Origin: an uncultured archaeon
GTDB taxonomy: Archaea > Iainarchaeota > Iainarchaeia > Iainarchaeales > JAAZKV01
Direction of reading: 5' to 3'
Assembly: GCA_902385225.1 (NCBI GenBank)
Contig: CABMEU010000017.1
Span: 1-57,345, forward strand
DNA length: 57,345 nt
Part shown: one piece after another, positions 28,020 through 37,986 of the stretch
How positions within the stretch are numbered: position 1 is the stretch's first letter
How the letters are laid out: each line of letters begins with the position of its first letter
Notes under the pieces: generated by a model
The model's database searches: none
What the model was told of the DNA's origin: nothing
The model's input: the letters and a program-made list of their open reading frames with translations, nothing else
Program-made: the position numbers and the translations under genes

Positions 28020-28040
28020 TAACTCTTCAAGGTAATCAAA

Positions 28041-28655
28041 ATGAATATCTTTCCAAAACTAAATGGAAGTTGGGCGAAGGTTAATCTTGATAAGGAATCA
28101 AGAGAATTAGCGCTTGATTATGCGAATCCTTTGGTGTGCGCTAAATGGGTTAATGGGATTCATGCCAAACTTGGTGTCGCTTATAGTTTTGGGGGGTTTC
28201 TTGAGGATAGGTCAAATATTTGGAGAAACACTTACTTAAAAGAAACAAAAAGTTTCATGCACCTTGGGATTGATTATAATGTTCCTGCTGGGACAAGTGT
28301 TGCTCTCCCAATTGACGCAAAGGTGTGCGAAATAGTAAGAAGCAAAGACGCCAATGGGGGGTGGGGCGGAGCAATTAAGTTCAATATAGCCGATTCTGAT
28401 GTGTTCTTTATCCTCGCCCACCTTGAACATAACATAAAATTAGGAAAAGGGGATTTTTGCAGGACAGGAGAGATTATCGGACGAACTGGTGAATCAAGCG
28501 AGAATGGAGGATGGTATCCTCACTTACACGCCCAGTTCTTCACAAAAAAATTTGATGATGCCTTTGGCGGAGCTTTCTCTAAATTAGATGGTTACCTGCC
28601 AAAAGGGAGTGAACTAATAAAACAAGTGATTAATCCTAAGAATTATATTAAATAA
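28041..28655 (+). CDS. M23-family metallopeptidase (peptidoglycan DD-endopeptidase-like)
   Basis: HLGID (HxxxD), LAHL, ENGGWYPHLH (HxH). Confidence 0.88.
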   Translation: MNIFPKLNGSWAKVNLDKESRELALDYANPLVCAKWVNGIHAKLGVAYSFGGFLEDRSNIWRNTYLKETKSFMHLGIDYNVPAGTSVALPIDAKVCEIVRSKDANGGWGGAIKFNIADSDVFFILAHLEHNIKLGKGDFCRTGEIIGRTGESSENGGWYPHLHAQFFTKKFDDAFGGAFSKLDGYLPKGSELIKQVINPKNYIK

Positions 28656-28677
28656 AACTTTTGAGCGGTTCTAAGAA

Positions 28678-29295
28678 CTACTTCTCCATCCACATTCTCA
28701 AAAAGTGTCCTATAATCAAGAAAGCATAGCCTAGAACCAAAAACACCAAGAATATCTCAAGCACATGCGTGGAGAGGGAATAAGAAACACTTGCAATAAA
28801 AGGGTCCTGCGCGGAAACATTAACCGCCATGAACACAGCGCCAATTAACCACGCAACAAACGCAATTGCGGCGCTTGTAATCACCGGTCTAAAGAAATGC
28901 TTAAAGTGCCCCATTAACCTTGAAATGTATTTAGCGTAATTGAAAATTAATCCAGCGGCAAAGAACCATGGAAGATTATTCATTACAAATCCGGTTAATG
29001 CGGAAAGGAAAGTGCTTCCTAACCCGAGGTTAAGCCAATTAACAATTGCCACAATAATTATCAAAACAACAATACCAACAATGCTTCCAGCTAACGGACC
29101 AATTACTCCAAGCGGGGAGCAGTGCCACTTACAATCTTTTTCAAAATGTTTCCCTTTCTTCTCAAATCTTGCTTCAAGCCTCTTCCCAAAAGCTTCCCCT
29201 TTTTTCTCCATCTTCTTTCCAAAGCGCTCGCCCCACTCTTCCCAATATTCTTCATCGCTCATGCGGCGTTTGGTTGTTTTTGCTTTTTTAGCCAT
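28678..29295 (-). CDS. Membrane protein with a charged 'WGERFGKKMEK' N-terminus
   Basis: Four TM segments after a repetitive charged region. Confidence 0.7.
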   Translation of the reverse strand: MAKKAKTTKRRMSDEEYWEEWGERFGKKMEKKGEAFGKRLEARFEKKGKHFEKDCKWHCSPLGVIGPLAGSIVGIVVLIIIVAIVNWLNLGLGSTFLSALTGFVMNNLPWFFAAGLIFNYAKYISRLMGHFKHFFRPVITSAAIAFVAWLIGAVFMAVNVSAQDPFIASVSYSLSTHVLEIFLVFLVLGYAFLIIGHFLRMWMEK

Positions 29296-29422
29296 TAAAA
29301 TCAATTAGAGAAACAACTTTCAACTATTTAAACTTTATTTTTCAATTGGTTCAGGGATTTTATCAAAATTCAGTTCAACACCAAAATGTTAAGTTTAAAT
29401 AATCAAAAAACCTTTTCTAATC

Positions 29423-29731
29423 ATGGCAAAAGCAAAACAAGCACCGCAGGCGCCCTCAATGTTTGGAAACCTGTTTGACGGGTTTAAGGAAAATATTATT
29501 GGCGCGGTTGGGAAGATAATTAAGGAAAAAATCGTTAAGATGGAGAAAATGGTAATTGAAATCGCATTAAGCCTCGTGTTCTTCATAATGGGAATTCTTT
29601 TCATCTTAATCGCGATAATGTTTTTCCTAAAAAAATATGTTCACTTGAGTTATTTTGGAAGTTTTTTAGTAGTGGGAGTAATCGCATTCATCATCGCGTT
29701 AGTGGTGTATAAATTCGCGAATAAGAGCTAA
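29423..29731 (+). CDS. 2-TM holin-like/YqjE-like membrane protein
   Basis: Amphipathic N-terminus plus two TM helices; paired with a DUF883-like gene. Confidence 0.55.
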   Translation: MAKAKQAPQAPSMFGNLFDGFKENIIGAVGKIIKEKIVKMEKMVIEIALSLVFFIMGILFILIAIMFFLKKYVHLSYFGSFLVVGVIAFIIALVVYKFANKS

Positions 29732-29765
29732 TTTTTAGAAAAAAAACTTAATGGAGGGAAACAAA

Positions 29766-30017
29766 ATGGCTAAAGCAAAAAAATCAAACCCGGCAATTGA
29801 ACGCGCGAAGAAAGAAGCACAAAAAGCTTTGATAATCGCAAGAAAAGATGCTAAGGCGGCACTCGCTAAAGCAAAAGCTAAGTTCAAAGAAGCTGAGAAA
29901 CACTTGGATAAGAAAATCCAAACACACCCAGAACAAGCAGTGCTTGTTGCGGGCGCAATCGGAGCCGCAGTAGGCGGACTTGTTGCATACAGCGTTCTTA
30001 AGAACAAGAAAAAGTGA
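29766..30017 (+). CDS. DUF883/ElaB/YqjD-like tail-anchored protein
   Basis: Ala/Lys helix, then IQTHPEQAVLVAGAIGAAVGGL and a basic tail. Confidence 0.75.
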   Translation: MAKAKKSNPAIERAKKEAQKALIIARKDAKAALAKAKAKFKEAEKHLDKKIQTHPEQAVLVAGAIGAAVGGLVAYSVLKNKKK

Positions 30018-30028
30018 ATTGTTTAGTT

Positions 30029-30069
30029 AATGGCCGGGGAGAGACTTTTCGGCCATTTTTCTATTTTTT
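30029..30069 (+). terminator. Hairpin terminator between convergent genes
   Basis: AATGGCCGGGGA/TTTTCGGCCATT stem plus T-tract. Confidence 0.65.
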
Positions 30070-30657
30070 TTAATACTTAAGCAGCATATATAATTTCCCG
30101 TCTTCGGCGTATTTTGGCGTGAATTTCTTAAAACCCATATCTTTGTATAATCTAATAGCCCCCTTATTTGACTTATCTGTGTAAGTATAGAGAAATTTTA
30201 CTCCATCCCTCTTAGCCATTCTTTTTGCGGCAGCCACGGTCTCCGCGACGAGCTGTCTTGAGAGCCCCTCCCTCCTAAACCAAAGATTTGTCGCAAGGTC
30301 AGAGAACAGAATTGCTTTTTGTCCCTCGAATGTTCTTTCATGAAAAGAAGCCGAAGCGATTTCATTGCCAAGAGCGGTAATAATATGAACGCTCCCGCCG
30401 GGAACAATTTGCCCCTCCTTGGTTCTTACAGTCCCAATAACCGCTTTTTGAACTAAACCCTTCCTGAAAAAAACAGCGTTTCCTATCCTGCTCCCGTATT
30501 TGAGCCTCCGCCTGTACTGGATTTCTCCATTATGCTCTGCCTCGCGCTCCTTTAATCCGACAGCGATAAGCTCGGTTTGTGTGAGCCTCTTTAGCGGTTT
30601 TAGCGCACTAGAAAGTCTTTGCTTCCCTCTTGAAACAATTGCAATTACTCTTTTCAT
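30070..30657 (-). CDS. GNAT acetyltransferase with a basic N-terminal extension
   Basis: FRREGLSRQLV, N.GAIRLYKDMGF. Confidence 0.8.
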   Translation of the reverse strand: MKRVIAIVSRGKQRLSSALKPLKRLTQTELIAVGLKEREAEHNGEIQYRRRLKYGSRIGNAVFFRKGLVQKAVIGTVRTKEGQIVPGGSVHIITALGNEIASASFHERTFEGQKAILFSDLATNLWFRREGLSRQLVAETVAAAKRMAKRDGVKFLYTYTDKSNKGAIRLYKDMGFKKFTPKYAEDGKLYMLLKY

Positions 30658-30787
30658 AATATAACTAAATGCCCCCTTGCTTCTTATACTTTTTTGTGGC
30701 AATAATTCAAAAAATTCCAAGCCGGCATAACCAGCGGGAAAAAGAGTTTGAGGAATAAATAAATACTCAAAAGCCCTCTACTTTGCT

Positions 30788-31630
30788 ATGAAACAGCTGT
30801 TTGAAACAAACCTAATTCTTGGAGTAATATGTATTTTTGCGGTTTGCCTGCTGGCTGCCACGCTTGGCTGTGTCGGCTCTAGTGGACCGGTCGACTTTGT
30901 GAAAGAAGCAAACATAAGTCTGGATAAAGAAATTGATTCCAGTGTGAGCATATCCCTCGCCTCAACAATTCCTCCTGAGAACTCAAGCAAAACAGTCTTT
31001 GAGACAGGAGAAGCAATTTATCCTATGGAAGAAGGACTGAAGATTGGGGATAAGTTTGCTTTTAGGGTAGCGGACGAGAATGGCGCTGTAATAATCCCGC
31101 TGGATGAGTATCCTTACTCCACAATTAAGCAAGAAGGAGGCGCGGGGTCAGGAACAATAAATACAGACAAAGTAAATCTTTTGTATGAAGGAAATTACAC
31201 GCTTCAACTAGTAAAAATTGATTCCAATAACACAAAAGCAACCATAGTCTCTGAAAAAAACTTTAGCGTAACACGAAGATACTCAAAAGAAATCCTGGCA
31301 AATTTAAGGTTCTGGCTCACTAAAGAAGAAAGACCGGATGCGGAAGAATTTTTGGAACTTGATTTAACCGGAATCGACCAAATCAACTTTGCTGTCTGGG
31401 GCGAAGCTCCAAAAGACGGGAGAGAGATTAATGGGCGGGCAATTATGGTGAGAGAGGATTATGACGGGAATGTGCTTACAGAAAGCGGACCGTGGGACTA
31501 CCCATTCACACTCCTTCCAGGCGTAGCACAAAAACTAAACGGGATGAGCGGACACCCCTACCCCGGCACTTATCATGTGAAAATCATTATTGATAATGAA
31601 CTAATCAAGGAATATCGGGTTAAAGTCTGA
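30788..31630 (+). CDS. Secreted lipoprotein, beta-rich
   Basis: Signal peptide with TLGC lipobox; acidic Ig-like domains (GNYTLQL, PGTYHVKI). Confidence 0.7.
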   Translation: MKQLFETNLILGVICIFAVCLLAATLGCVGSSGPVDFVKEANISLDKEIDSSVSISLASTIPPENSSKTVFETGEAIYPMEEGLKIGDKFAFRVADENGAVIIPLDEYPYSTIKQEGGAGSGTINTDKVNLLYEGNYTLQLVKIDSNNTKATIVSEKNFSVTRRYSKEILANLRFWLTKEERPDAEEFLELDLTGIDQINFAVWGEAPKDGREINGRAIMVREDYDGNVLTESGPWDYPFTLLPGVAQKLNGMSGHPYPGTYHVKIIIDNELIKEYRVKV

Positions 31631-31678
31631 TTCTTTTTTGGAGAAGGTTTAAATTACACTTCGGGCGTTAATACTTTT

Positions 31679-32458
31679 ATGATTCGAAGGTCGCTTAATA
31701 TTGTAGGTTTAGGCGAGGGATTAAGAGGTAAGAAAGCAGTGGATCTTGCGCTAAAGCATCCAAAGCATATTTTTGTCGGGGTGGATTCTCATCCGCTTTC
31801 TGAGTATGGGCGCTACTTAAAATCCCGCGGGGTAAAAGAAAAACCGCGCAATTTAACCATAAAGAATAGTACTGGCGCCTTTGAGTATCTTGCTTCGCAA
31901 AAAGAAGCGAGCGTTGATCATGCGTATGCCCACTTTTTGTTTCAGCATGTGTCTTACGCTGAACGCCAGAAAATTTATTCACAATTAATGCGAACAATGC
32001 GCCCCGGAACCAGATTTGTTACTATTGAAGAAGCGAATTATATAACACAATTGCCGCTTGAATTGAGAAACACGGGTTTTATTGTGAGCGTTAAACGCAT
32101 TGGGGCTGAGGAACTGTTAAAACTTGATACTGATAATGGGGAGATGAATGCAAAGCACCATCTTACTGTTCAAAAAAATCGGCGTGCATTACAATCACTT
32201 TTTCAAAACGCTGCCCCCTCAACACTTGCGCAATTGAAATTAATGGGGATGGCTACGAGTTTAGAGGGCACGATGAAATTTGATATGGAAACTTTTAGAA
32301 GAACAATCGGGGAGAAGTGGGCGATGATTGAAGGCAGAACTCCTTCAAAGGATGCGCGAAGAGCGGTTGAAAGAATACTTCGCGATGTGAATCATGTTTA
32401 CACAGATACTCCATGGGTTGTAATCACAGCAAGAAAACCAATGCTAAAAAAGGAGTGA
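31679..32458 (+). CDS. Divergent class I SAM-methyltransferase-like basic protein
   Basis: LNIVGLGEG, FVGVD, SVDHAYAHFLFQH, MRPGTRF. Confidence 0.6.
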   Translation: MIRRSLNIVGLGEGLRGKKAVDLALKHPKHIFVGVDSHPLSEYGRYLKSRGVKEKPRNLTIKNSTGAFEYLASQKEASVDHAYAHFLFQHVSYAERQKIYSQLMRTMRPGTRFVTIEEANYITQLPLELRNTGFIVSVKRIGAEELLKLDTDNGEMNAKHHLTVQKNRRALQSLFQNAAPSTLAQLKLMGMATSLEGTMKFDMETFRRTIGEKWAMIEGRTPSKDARRAVERILRDVNHVYTDTPWVVITARKPMLKKE

Positions 32459-32497
32459 GCACTCACTTTTTTATAGTTCAAGCAATTTGATTTGTTT

Positions 32498-33055
32498 ATG
32501 GTAAGAAGAAATCTTGTTCGAGCTGATTATCACCAAGTTGAACTTGGTGCCGGGGCAGAGGGGTGGTCAATGGCAAATAAGGCTAGAAAGGACCCAAGCA
32601 GAAAATATTTGGCAACTGATTTTAAATTGGTTAATAGGAAAAGATACGTTGCAGAAAATGCTAAGTGGGGCGTAAAGCCATTTCCAAGGAATCTTCACTT
32701 TCTAAAAGGAGGAGCATTAACTGTTATACATAAACTAAAGTTGCAAGGGAAGAAAACTGAGAAAATTATTGTTGCCATGGGCACAGGGCACTTGCTAAAC
32801 CCGTTCTATTTGGGAAGAATAGCAAAACATTCAAAAGAAGTCCTTGCTGCTAATGGGGTGATTTACTTTGTTTCCACTTGGAAACCCAAATATTTTGAGG
32901 AAAAAGTAGTGCCGCTGTTTGAGAAAGAAGGGTTTAGATTCAAACAATTAAAACGAAATGTTAAGCGCCAGATGGAACACAGTTCAAAAGCAGCAGATTT
33001 TCACATTGAGTATGGGCAAGTACAATGGGAATATGAGTTTAGACTGCGTAAATGA
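32498..33055 (+). CDS. Divergent SAM-methyltransferase-like basic protein (TrmB-like layout)
   Basis: VELGAG, YLATD, NLHFLKG, LAANGVIYF. Confidence 0.6.
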   Translation: MVRRNLVRADYHQVELGAGAEGWSMANKARKDPSRKYLATDFKLVNRKRYVAENAKWGVKPFPRNLHFLKGGALTVIHKLKLQGKKTEKIIVAMGTGHLLNPFYLGRIAKHSKEVLAANGVIYFVSTWKPKYFEEKVVPLFEKEGFRFKQLKRNVKRQMEHSSKAADFHIEYGQVQWEYEFRLRK

Positions 33056-33121
33056 CTCACTTTGTTGGACACTTTTTCTAAGTATTAGGTTTTTTATTTA
33101 AAAGAGTGTATACTTCTTTAG

Positions 33122-34012
33122 ATGCCTGTACCTATTCAACTGAAAAAATTCTATTTGGAGCATTTGCCTCCAAGGGATAGAATTGCCCTTGGGAATGCAA
33201 TAACTCGGCTTGGCGTGGAACGCACCTTGGACGCAGCGCAGGCACATAAGGCGCTTGAGTTTCATGAAAAAACTGGGGTGCCGTTAAAGTTAGCAATAGA
33301 AGCCCAATTGGTCCCGGCAAATAATGCGCTGCGTAATCCTGTTGCAATGCACACTGCAAAAAATCTGCATTCTTCCTTTAGGATGACAACAAAAGGGGGG
33401 AAAGTCAATGTCTCAACAAGCTTTGCAACAAGGACATCTGCCGCTGCAAGAGCACGCTCAAGAATTGACGGATTGCACCAATTTACTGCAATTTCTTTTC
33501 GTGTTATTCCTTCAAGTTCAGAATTTAAAAAATTCAATTCGCCTAATTTGGCGTGGATAAAAGAAGCTGACCCGCGCAGAAGAGTTGATTTATCTAATCT
33601 GGATTTTGTTAAAGACCCCGGACCGCAATCATTTATGCTCATAGTTGAGGTTGGGTTTGCAAAAATAGGGCGAAAACCAGTACTGCTTCTCACTAATGCC
33701 CAATTCAGTAAAGTATACTACACATTATCTCCTTCCCAGAAGAAAATATTTAAAGGGGCTTATTCGCAATTACTTGAAAAAGCGCAATCCGCCAGCGGAA
33801 ATTTACCCTTGCTTATCCCAAGCAACAAAACCGTAAAAGAAATGCTTCAAAAGGTATTTGATCACTCGCCAAGCGACAAGGTGCTTGATGAATTCTATGA
33901 TGGTTTCTCAGAGAAAAGGGGCAGGAAAAGAACTTCGCTTAAAATAAGAAACCCTGTTAATGGAAAAAAACTTGAGGGAGAATTCTGGGTGAACAGACCG
34001 CAGCAGAAATAA
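33122..34012 (+). CDS. Basic orphan protein
   Basis: 296-aa ORF starting MPVPIQLKK, with its own TATA box. Confidence 0.6.
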   Translation: MPVPIQLKKFYLEHLPPRDRIALGNAITRLGVERTLDAAQAHKALEFHEKTGVPLKLAIEAQLVPANNALRNPVAMHTAKNLHSSFRMTTKGGKVNVSTSFATRTSAAARARSRIDGLHQFTAISFRVIPSSSEFKKFNSPNLAWIKEADPRRRVDLSNLDFVKDPGPQSFMLIVEVGFAKIGRKPVLLLTNAQFSKVYYTLSPSQKKIFKGAYSQLLEKAQSASGNLPLLIPSNKTVKEMLQKVFDHSPSDKVLDEFYDGFSEKRGRKRTSLKIRNPVNGKKLEGEFWVNRPQQK

Positions 34013-34064
34013 GTGTCTTTTCTTTACACTCACTTTTTTATAGTTTGGATGAGTTTGTTTTCTT

Positions 34065-34718
34065 ATGGTCAAAAATATCCCGGGATTTTTAATTGTTCCA
34101 AAAAAGACAAATTCCCCAAGAAAACTCTTGTTTAGTGTTTGGATTACTACTGGGTCCACCTCAAATCCTTTCTTTGTTACGGGCGGTCCAGCAAGGAATG
34201 CTATTGACGGGTTTTCCAGATGGAATCAGGGTGTGAGTGTTCGCATTGGGGAGATATCCTATTTACGCAATGATTCGGAACTAAAGCAGCGTTTATTTGG
34301 GCATGACCCAAAATCCCTTCAAAGAGTTAATGCTGAGGAAAAGGAACGCCGTGCTAAACACCATTTTGGGGAGAAACCCATTTACACTTATGAGTTCTTC
34401 CCGTTTGGCAAAGTCCAAGAGGTTTTTGGCGGAAAAGGAATTGCGGCGCGCATTGAGCGAGTCACGCTTCAGGAACTACTACGCGTCGCCCCAAAAGCAA
34501 TTCTTTATCCTTCTTTATTCATGACAGAATTAAGGGAAAAGCAGCTCAAGAGCAGGGGCGTGAAAATTGAGTACGGCACGCAGCCCCTCTACGCACAAAA
34601 TATCTTACAGGCAATTAACAGACAAATACGCAGACAAAAAGTAAAGCACCGCCCAAAGGAACCAGCTGAGAGGCTCGTATACGCAAGACTTGCGGGAAAA
34701 AAATTAAGGAATTGGTAA
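34065..34718 (+). CDS. Basic orphan with a GNAT-like motif A
   Basis: YEFFP....FGGKGIAARIE. Confidence 0.55.
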   Translation: MVKNIPGFLIVPKKTNSPRKLLFSVWITTGSTSNPFFVTGGPARNAIDGFSRWNQGVSVRIGEISYLRNDSELKQRLFGHDPKSLQRVNAEEKERRAKHHFGEKPIYTYEFFPFGKVQEVFGGKGIAARIERVTLQELLRVAPKAILYPSLFMTELREKQLKSRGVKIEYGTQPLYAQNILQAINRQIRRQKVKHRPKEPAERLVYARLAGKKLRNW

Positions 34719-34801
34719 AGAGAGACTCACTTTGTTGGACACTTTTTGGATTTACCCGCTTTTTAGGAAAAGATTTAAACCGAATCTAACTTATTTTTGT
34801 T

Positions 34802-35305
34802 ATGCAAATCCGCAGCGCAACTATAAATGATTTTGATGCGATTTTCTCTATTGTTAATGAGTGTAAAGCGGATATGAAATCCCGCGGGCTTGAACAGTGG
34901 CCCTCCCATCACCCCTCAAAGGAAACCATTTTGAAAGGGATAAACTCCGGGAATCATTTTGTTATACTTGAGAATAATCAAATCGTTGGAGGGGTTTTAC
35001 TTAATCACTCCCCTGATGAGCAATACAAACTCGTGAAGTGGGAAATTACTGATACAAATCCTTTGATTGTTCATCGTTTAGCGATTTCCCCAAAGCACCA
35101 GGGGAAAGGAATCGCGCAGGAATTAATGAAATACGCGGAGGAACTCGCAAAAAAAGATGGTTCCAAAAGTATTCGCCTTGATACTTACAGCACAAACAAA
35201 GCCTCAAACAAATTCTACCAAAAACTCGGCTACAAACACGCCGGAACAATAAAGATGCTCCAATACATGCCTGGGGAATATAATTGCTATGAAAAGAAGG
35301 TTTAA
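34802..35305 (+). CDS. GNAT acetyltransferase (bacterial-type)
   Basis: QW...HP, HRLAISPKHQGKGIA, IRLDT...N.ASNKFYQKLGY. Confidence 0.92.
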   Translation: MQIRSATINDFDAIFSIVNECKADMKSRGLEQWPSHHPSKETILKGINSGNHFVILENNQIVGGVLLNHSPDEQYKLVKWEITDTNPLIVHRLAISPKHQGKGIAQELMKYAEELAKKDGSKSIRLDTYSTNKASNKFYQKLGYKHAGTIKMLQYMPGEYNCYEKKV

Positions 35306-35329
35306 GTAAAACCTTGGCGTGTTTTATTT

Positions 35330-36910
35330 ATGGTTCCTAAAACTCGGCGCGCAATTAGATTAACTCCCCCTGTTGTTGCAGCTCAAATGGATGCTGCGCA
35401 GAAGGCTTTTGCTTCAGGGAACGCAGGGGAAGCGGTAACTCTTGTAAAAGGACTTGTACAAAAACCCCAAATAAAGAATCTTCATAATCCGCGTGTTTTT
35501 GGGAGAATGAATTGGAAAGTGCTTGATGCGAACCCTGAGTTAAAGCAAAGGGCGCTTAATTATGCAAGAGCGCACCTAGAGGACCTTGGAAAAGAGCAAG
35601 TTCATATTGGGGATATCTCGCATGATGCAACACCCGAAACAAGAGGGGCGTTTGCAATTGTAGCCGCGTTTGGCGGAAGAGAAGACCAAGAATTATGCAA
35701 TAGACTACTAAAAAAAACTGGTTTTTCCGCAGGGGGCACCCTTGCAGAGCACACCTCAAATCATATTGAGGGAAGAGAAAGAAGGCAGATAAGAATAAGA
35801 ATTTACAAAGCAAGACCAGGGTATGTTCCGTTCATGCACGGGCAATTACTTGAAACTATACGCCGAGGCAAATCAATGGCGGAAATAAATGAAGCTTTTG
35901 CTGACTTAAAAAAAACTGAGTGGTGGAAGAAAAAAACAATGCAAGTACTAAGAAAATCCGAGCACATCGCTGCGGAAGCGGCTATTGCAAAAGAAAAAGG
36001 AGAGAGTTATTTTTACAAAGCAGGAAGAGCAAAAGCGTTTAGGCATAACGAGGCGGCTAATACACGATTACCTTGGCCAAGACGAGTTCATGCCGCGGAA
36101 GCAATACTCTGGCAGGCAATAGCGACCTCAACAAAATTCAATTTTCAGGAACGCCTCCAAGCACTAATATTGGATCCGGACAAGGTTGTTCAACGATTAG
36201 CAAGAGAAAGCCTTGACCCGCAGGTAAAAGCATCAAAGGAGCGCCAGAATGAAGAAGACTACTTCAAAACTTCATTGAAATGGATACGGACGGGGGAATC
36301 AAATCCGGATGCGATTTATAGGCACATCGCAGAGCTGCCCCCTCCAAAACAAAGAAACTTCTTCATCAAGCTGAAGGAAAGGATGGGGACAAGATTCTTG
36401 CAAAAACCATTCATGATGCCCGTGGATGTTGCGCTTGATGTGATTCCCTTGCTGGAAATGGATGTTGATTCTTACCAGCACAGGGACCTTGAGAGATTAA
36501 TAGGGACATCAGTATTATTTGAAAGAAAAGAGGGGTATGCATCCCCTGGATTCTTTAGGGGACTCCTGCCGAGAGAGTTTGGGGGAGATTTTAAAAAAAC
36601 CGGGTTAGTGAGTTTTGATAGAAGAAAAGCATTGGGTGCGCTTAGGTATGAACTATCAAAAACACTTCCTAATGAACGCCTTAGGCGAAGATACCTTGGA
36701 AATGTAATCCAATCAGTTAAGGCAACAACAAGAGTTCCAATCGAGTTCAAAGAGTCACTTGATGCGATGATTGAGCGCACACCCCTTGATGTTTTTGAGA
36801 GAAGAGCCCCGCTTCCAGTTCGGCAAAACCCAGAACAAGGAAAACAATATCCAACCCAAAGACCTCCAGAAGAACCGCCAGCCAAAGAGATTTATGATAT
36901 CCCCTTTTGA
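35330..36910 (+). CDS. Large basic orphan protein with a HEAT-like segment
   Basis: 526 aa; MVPKTRRAIRL; LQALILDPDKVVQRLARESL; Pro-rich tail ending DIPF. Confidence 0.65.
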   Translation: MVPKTRRAIRLTPPVVAAQMDAAQKAFASGNAGEAVTLVKGLVQKPQIKNLHNPRVFGRMNWKVLDANPELKQRALNYARAHLEDLGKEQVHIGDISHDATPETRGAFAIVAAFGGREDQELCNRLLKKTGFSAGGTLAEHTSNHIEGRERRQIRIRIYKARPGYVPFMHGQLLETIRRGKSMAEINEAFADLKKTEWWKKKTMQVLRKSEHIAAEAAIAKEKGESYFYKAGRAKAFRHNEAANTRLPWPRRVHAAEAILWQAIATSTKFNFQERLQALILDPDKVVQRLARESLDPQVKASKERQNEEDYFKTSLKWIRTGESNPDAIYRHIAELPPPKQRNFFIKLKERMGTRFLQKPFMMPVDVALDVIPLLEMDVDSYQHRDLERLIGTSVLFERKEGYASPGFFRGLLPREFGGDFKKTGLVSFDRRKALGALRYELSKTLPNERLRRRYLGNVIQSVKATTRVPIEFKESLDAMIERTPLDVFERRAPLPVRQNPEQGKQYPTQRPPEEPPAKEIYDIPF

Positions 36911-36985
36911 ATTAAAACGCACTTTCTTGGATACTTTTTGGGTTTGGTGGGAAGGTTTAAGTAAAAGGTTTGGCGTATTTTTCTT

Positions 36986-37918
36986 ATGGCCGGTTTGAGG
37001 GGAAAAAGGAAAAAGCTTCACTTTGATTTTGATTCGCATTTGGACGGGCAGAAATATATTACTCATAGGGAGCGCCCGCTTAGGGGAAGCAAAACAATTG
37101 TTTTTGAGTTTTCTAGCGGGTTGCCTACAAGAAACCAAAGGGTGTTAAAACGCGTTTTAAAAGAAACGGATGAAGGTACATCTAATTTTCTAAAATCCAT
37201 GGCGCGGTTCACTAAAAACACCGGGAAAAAGAGAATGGTTCCGGGGGAATTTACAAAGACTGGACATTTGAACGTATTACATGAAACTGAACAAATGATT
37301 AGGTCTTTGTTTCTCATCACGCCCACCTTTGGCTTGTTTAAGAATCTTATTGACGTCGCGGTAGAAATTGAAACCAAAAGGCATGCGCTCATTAAAAATA
37401 CCCTAATAAAATCACTAAAAAGGGGCAGAGTTGAGACGAGATACGGCAGCACTCATAGTATTCTTTCAGCGGAACTACGCAGGGAAGGAATTGATTCAAG
37501 CAGAACAATGAAATCAATAGTTAGCACTCACTATGAAAGATTGCTTAGAAGAATTCTCTCAGAAAAACTTGGCGCAAAACCTCCAACCATACTTGATTAC
37601 AAAAGAGCAGCGGTTGATGTCTTGTTTTCAAAAATACTTAATGGTGTTCTAAAAAAGGCGTTTAATAAAAGCACAAAAACTGCTAATTCTTCTGATTATA
37701 GGTTTTTGACGTTATTTGCATCAGTTTCAATAGGGAATCTTAAAGAAGAACAGCTTAATGAAATCATTCAAAGGAATGATCCGTCATTGATACTCAAATA
37801 CAATGGAATTCCGACAATGGGTGAAATTAGGTCGTCAAAAGAAATGAGGGACTTAATGGCAAAAGTACTGGCAAAGTCCTCGTTTTTTAGAAGACAACCC
37901 ACACAAATGAAGAAGTAA
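36986..37918 (+). CDS. Basic orphan protein
   Basis: MAGLRGKRKK; shared extended promoter. Confidence 0.62.
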   Translation: MAGLRGKRKKLHFDFDSHLDGQKYITHRERPLRGSKTIVFEFSSGLPTRNQRVLKRVLKETDEGTSNFLKSMARFTKNTGKKRMVPGEFTKTGHLNVLHETEQMIRSLFLITPTFGLFKNLIDVAVEIETKRHALIKNTLIKSLKRGRVETRYGSTHSILSAELRREGIDSSRTMKSIVSTHYERLLRRILSEKLGAKPPTILDYKRAAVDVLFSKILNGVLKKAFNKSTKTANSSDYRFLTLFASVSIGNLKEEQLNEIIQRNDPSLILKYNGIPTMGEIRSSKEMRDLMAKVLAKSSFFRRQPTQMKK

Positions 37919-37986
37919 TCCCCACTTTCTTGGACACTTTTTCCCCTGCATCAGAAGTAAAAAATGATTTGTTCTCACTTTTCCTT

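Larger units (their letters stand above)
32460..34045 (+). repeat. 19-bp intergenic repeat CACTCACTTTTTTATAGTT (32460-32478, 34027-34045) containing a TATA box
   Basis: Two identical copies; a related GCACTTTTTTATAGATT sits at 24421-24437. Confidence 0.75.

Noticed and set aside
28701..28710. AAAAGTGTCC match to the reverse complement of the array repeat
   Set aside because: It lies inside a coding region and is only 10 bp, so it is probably chance.
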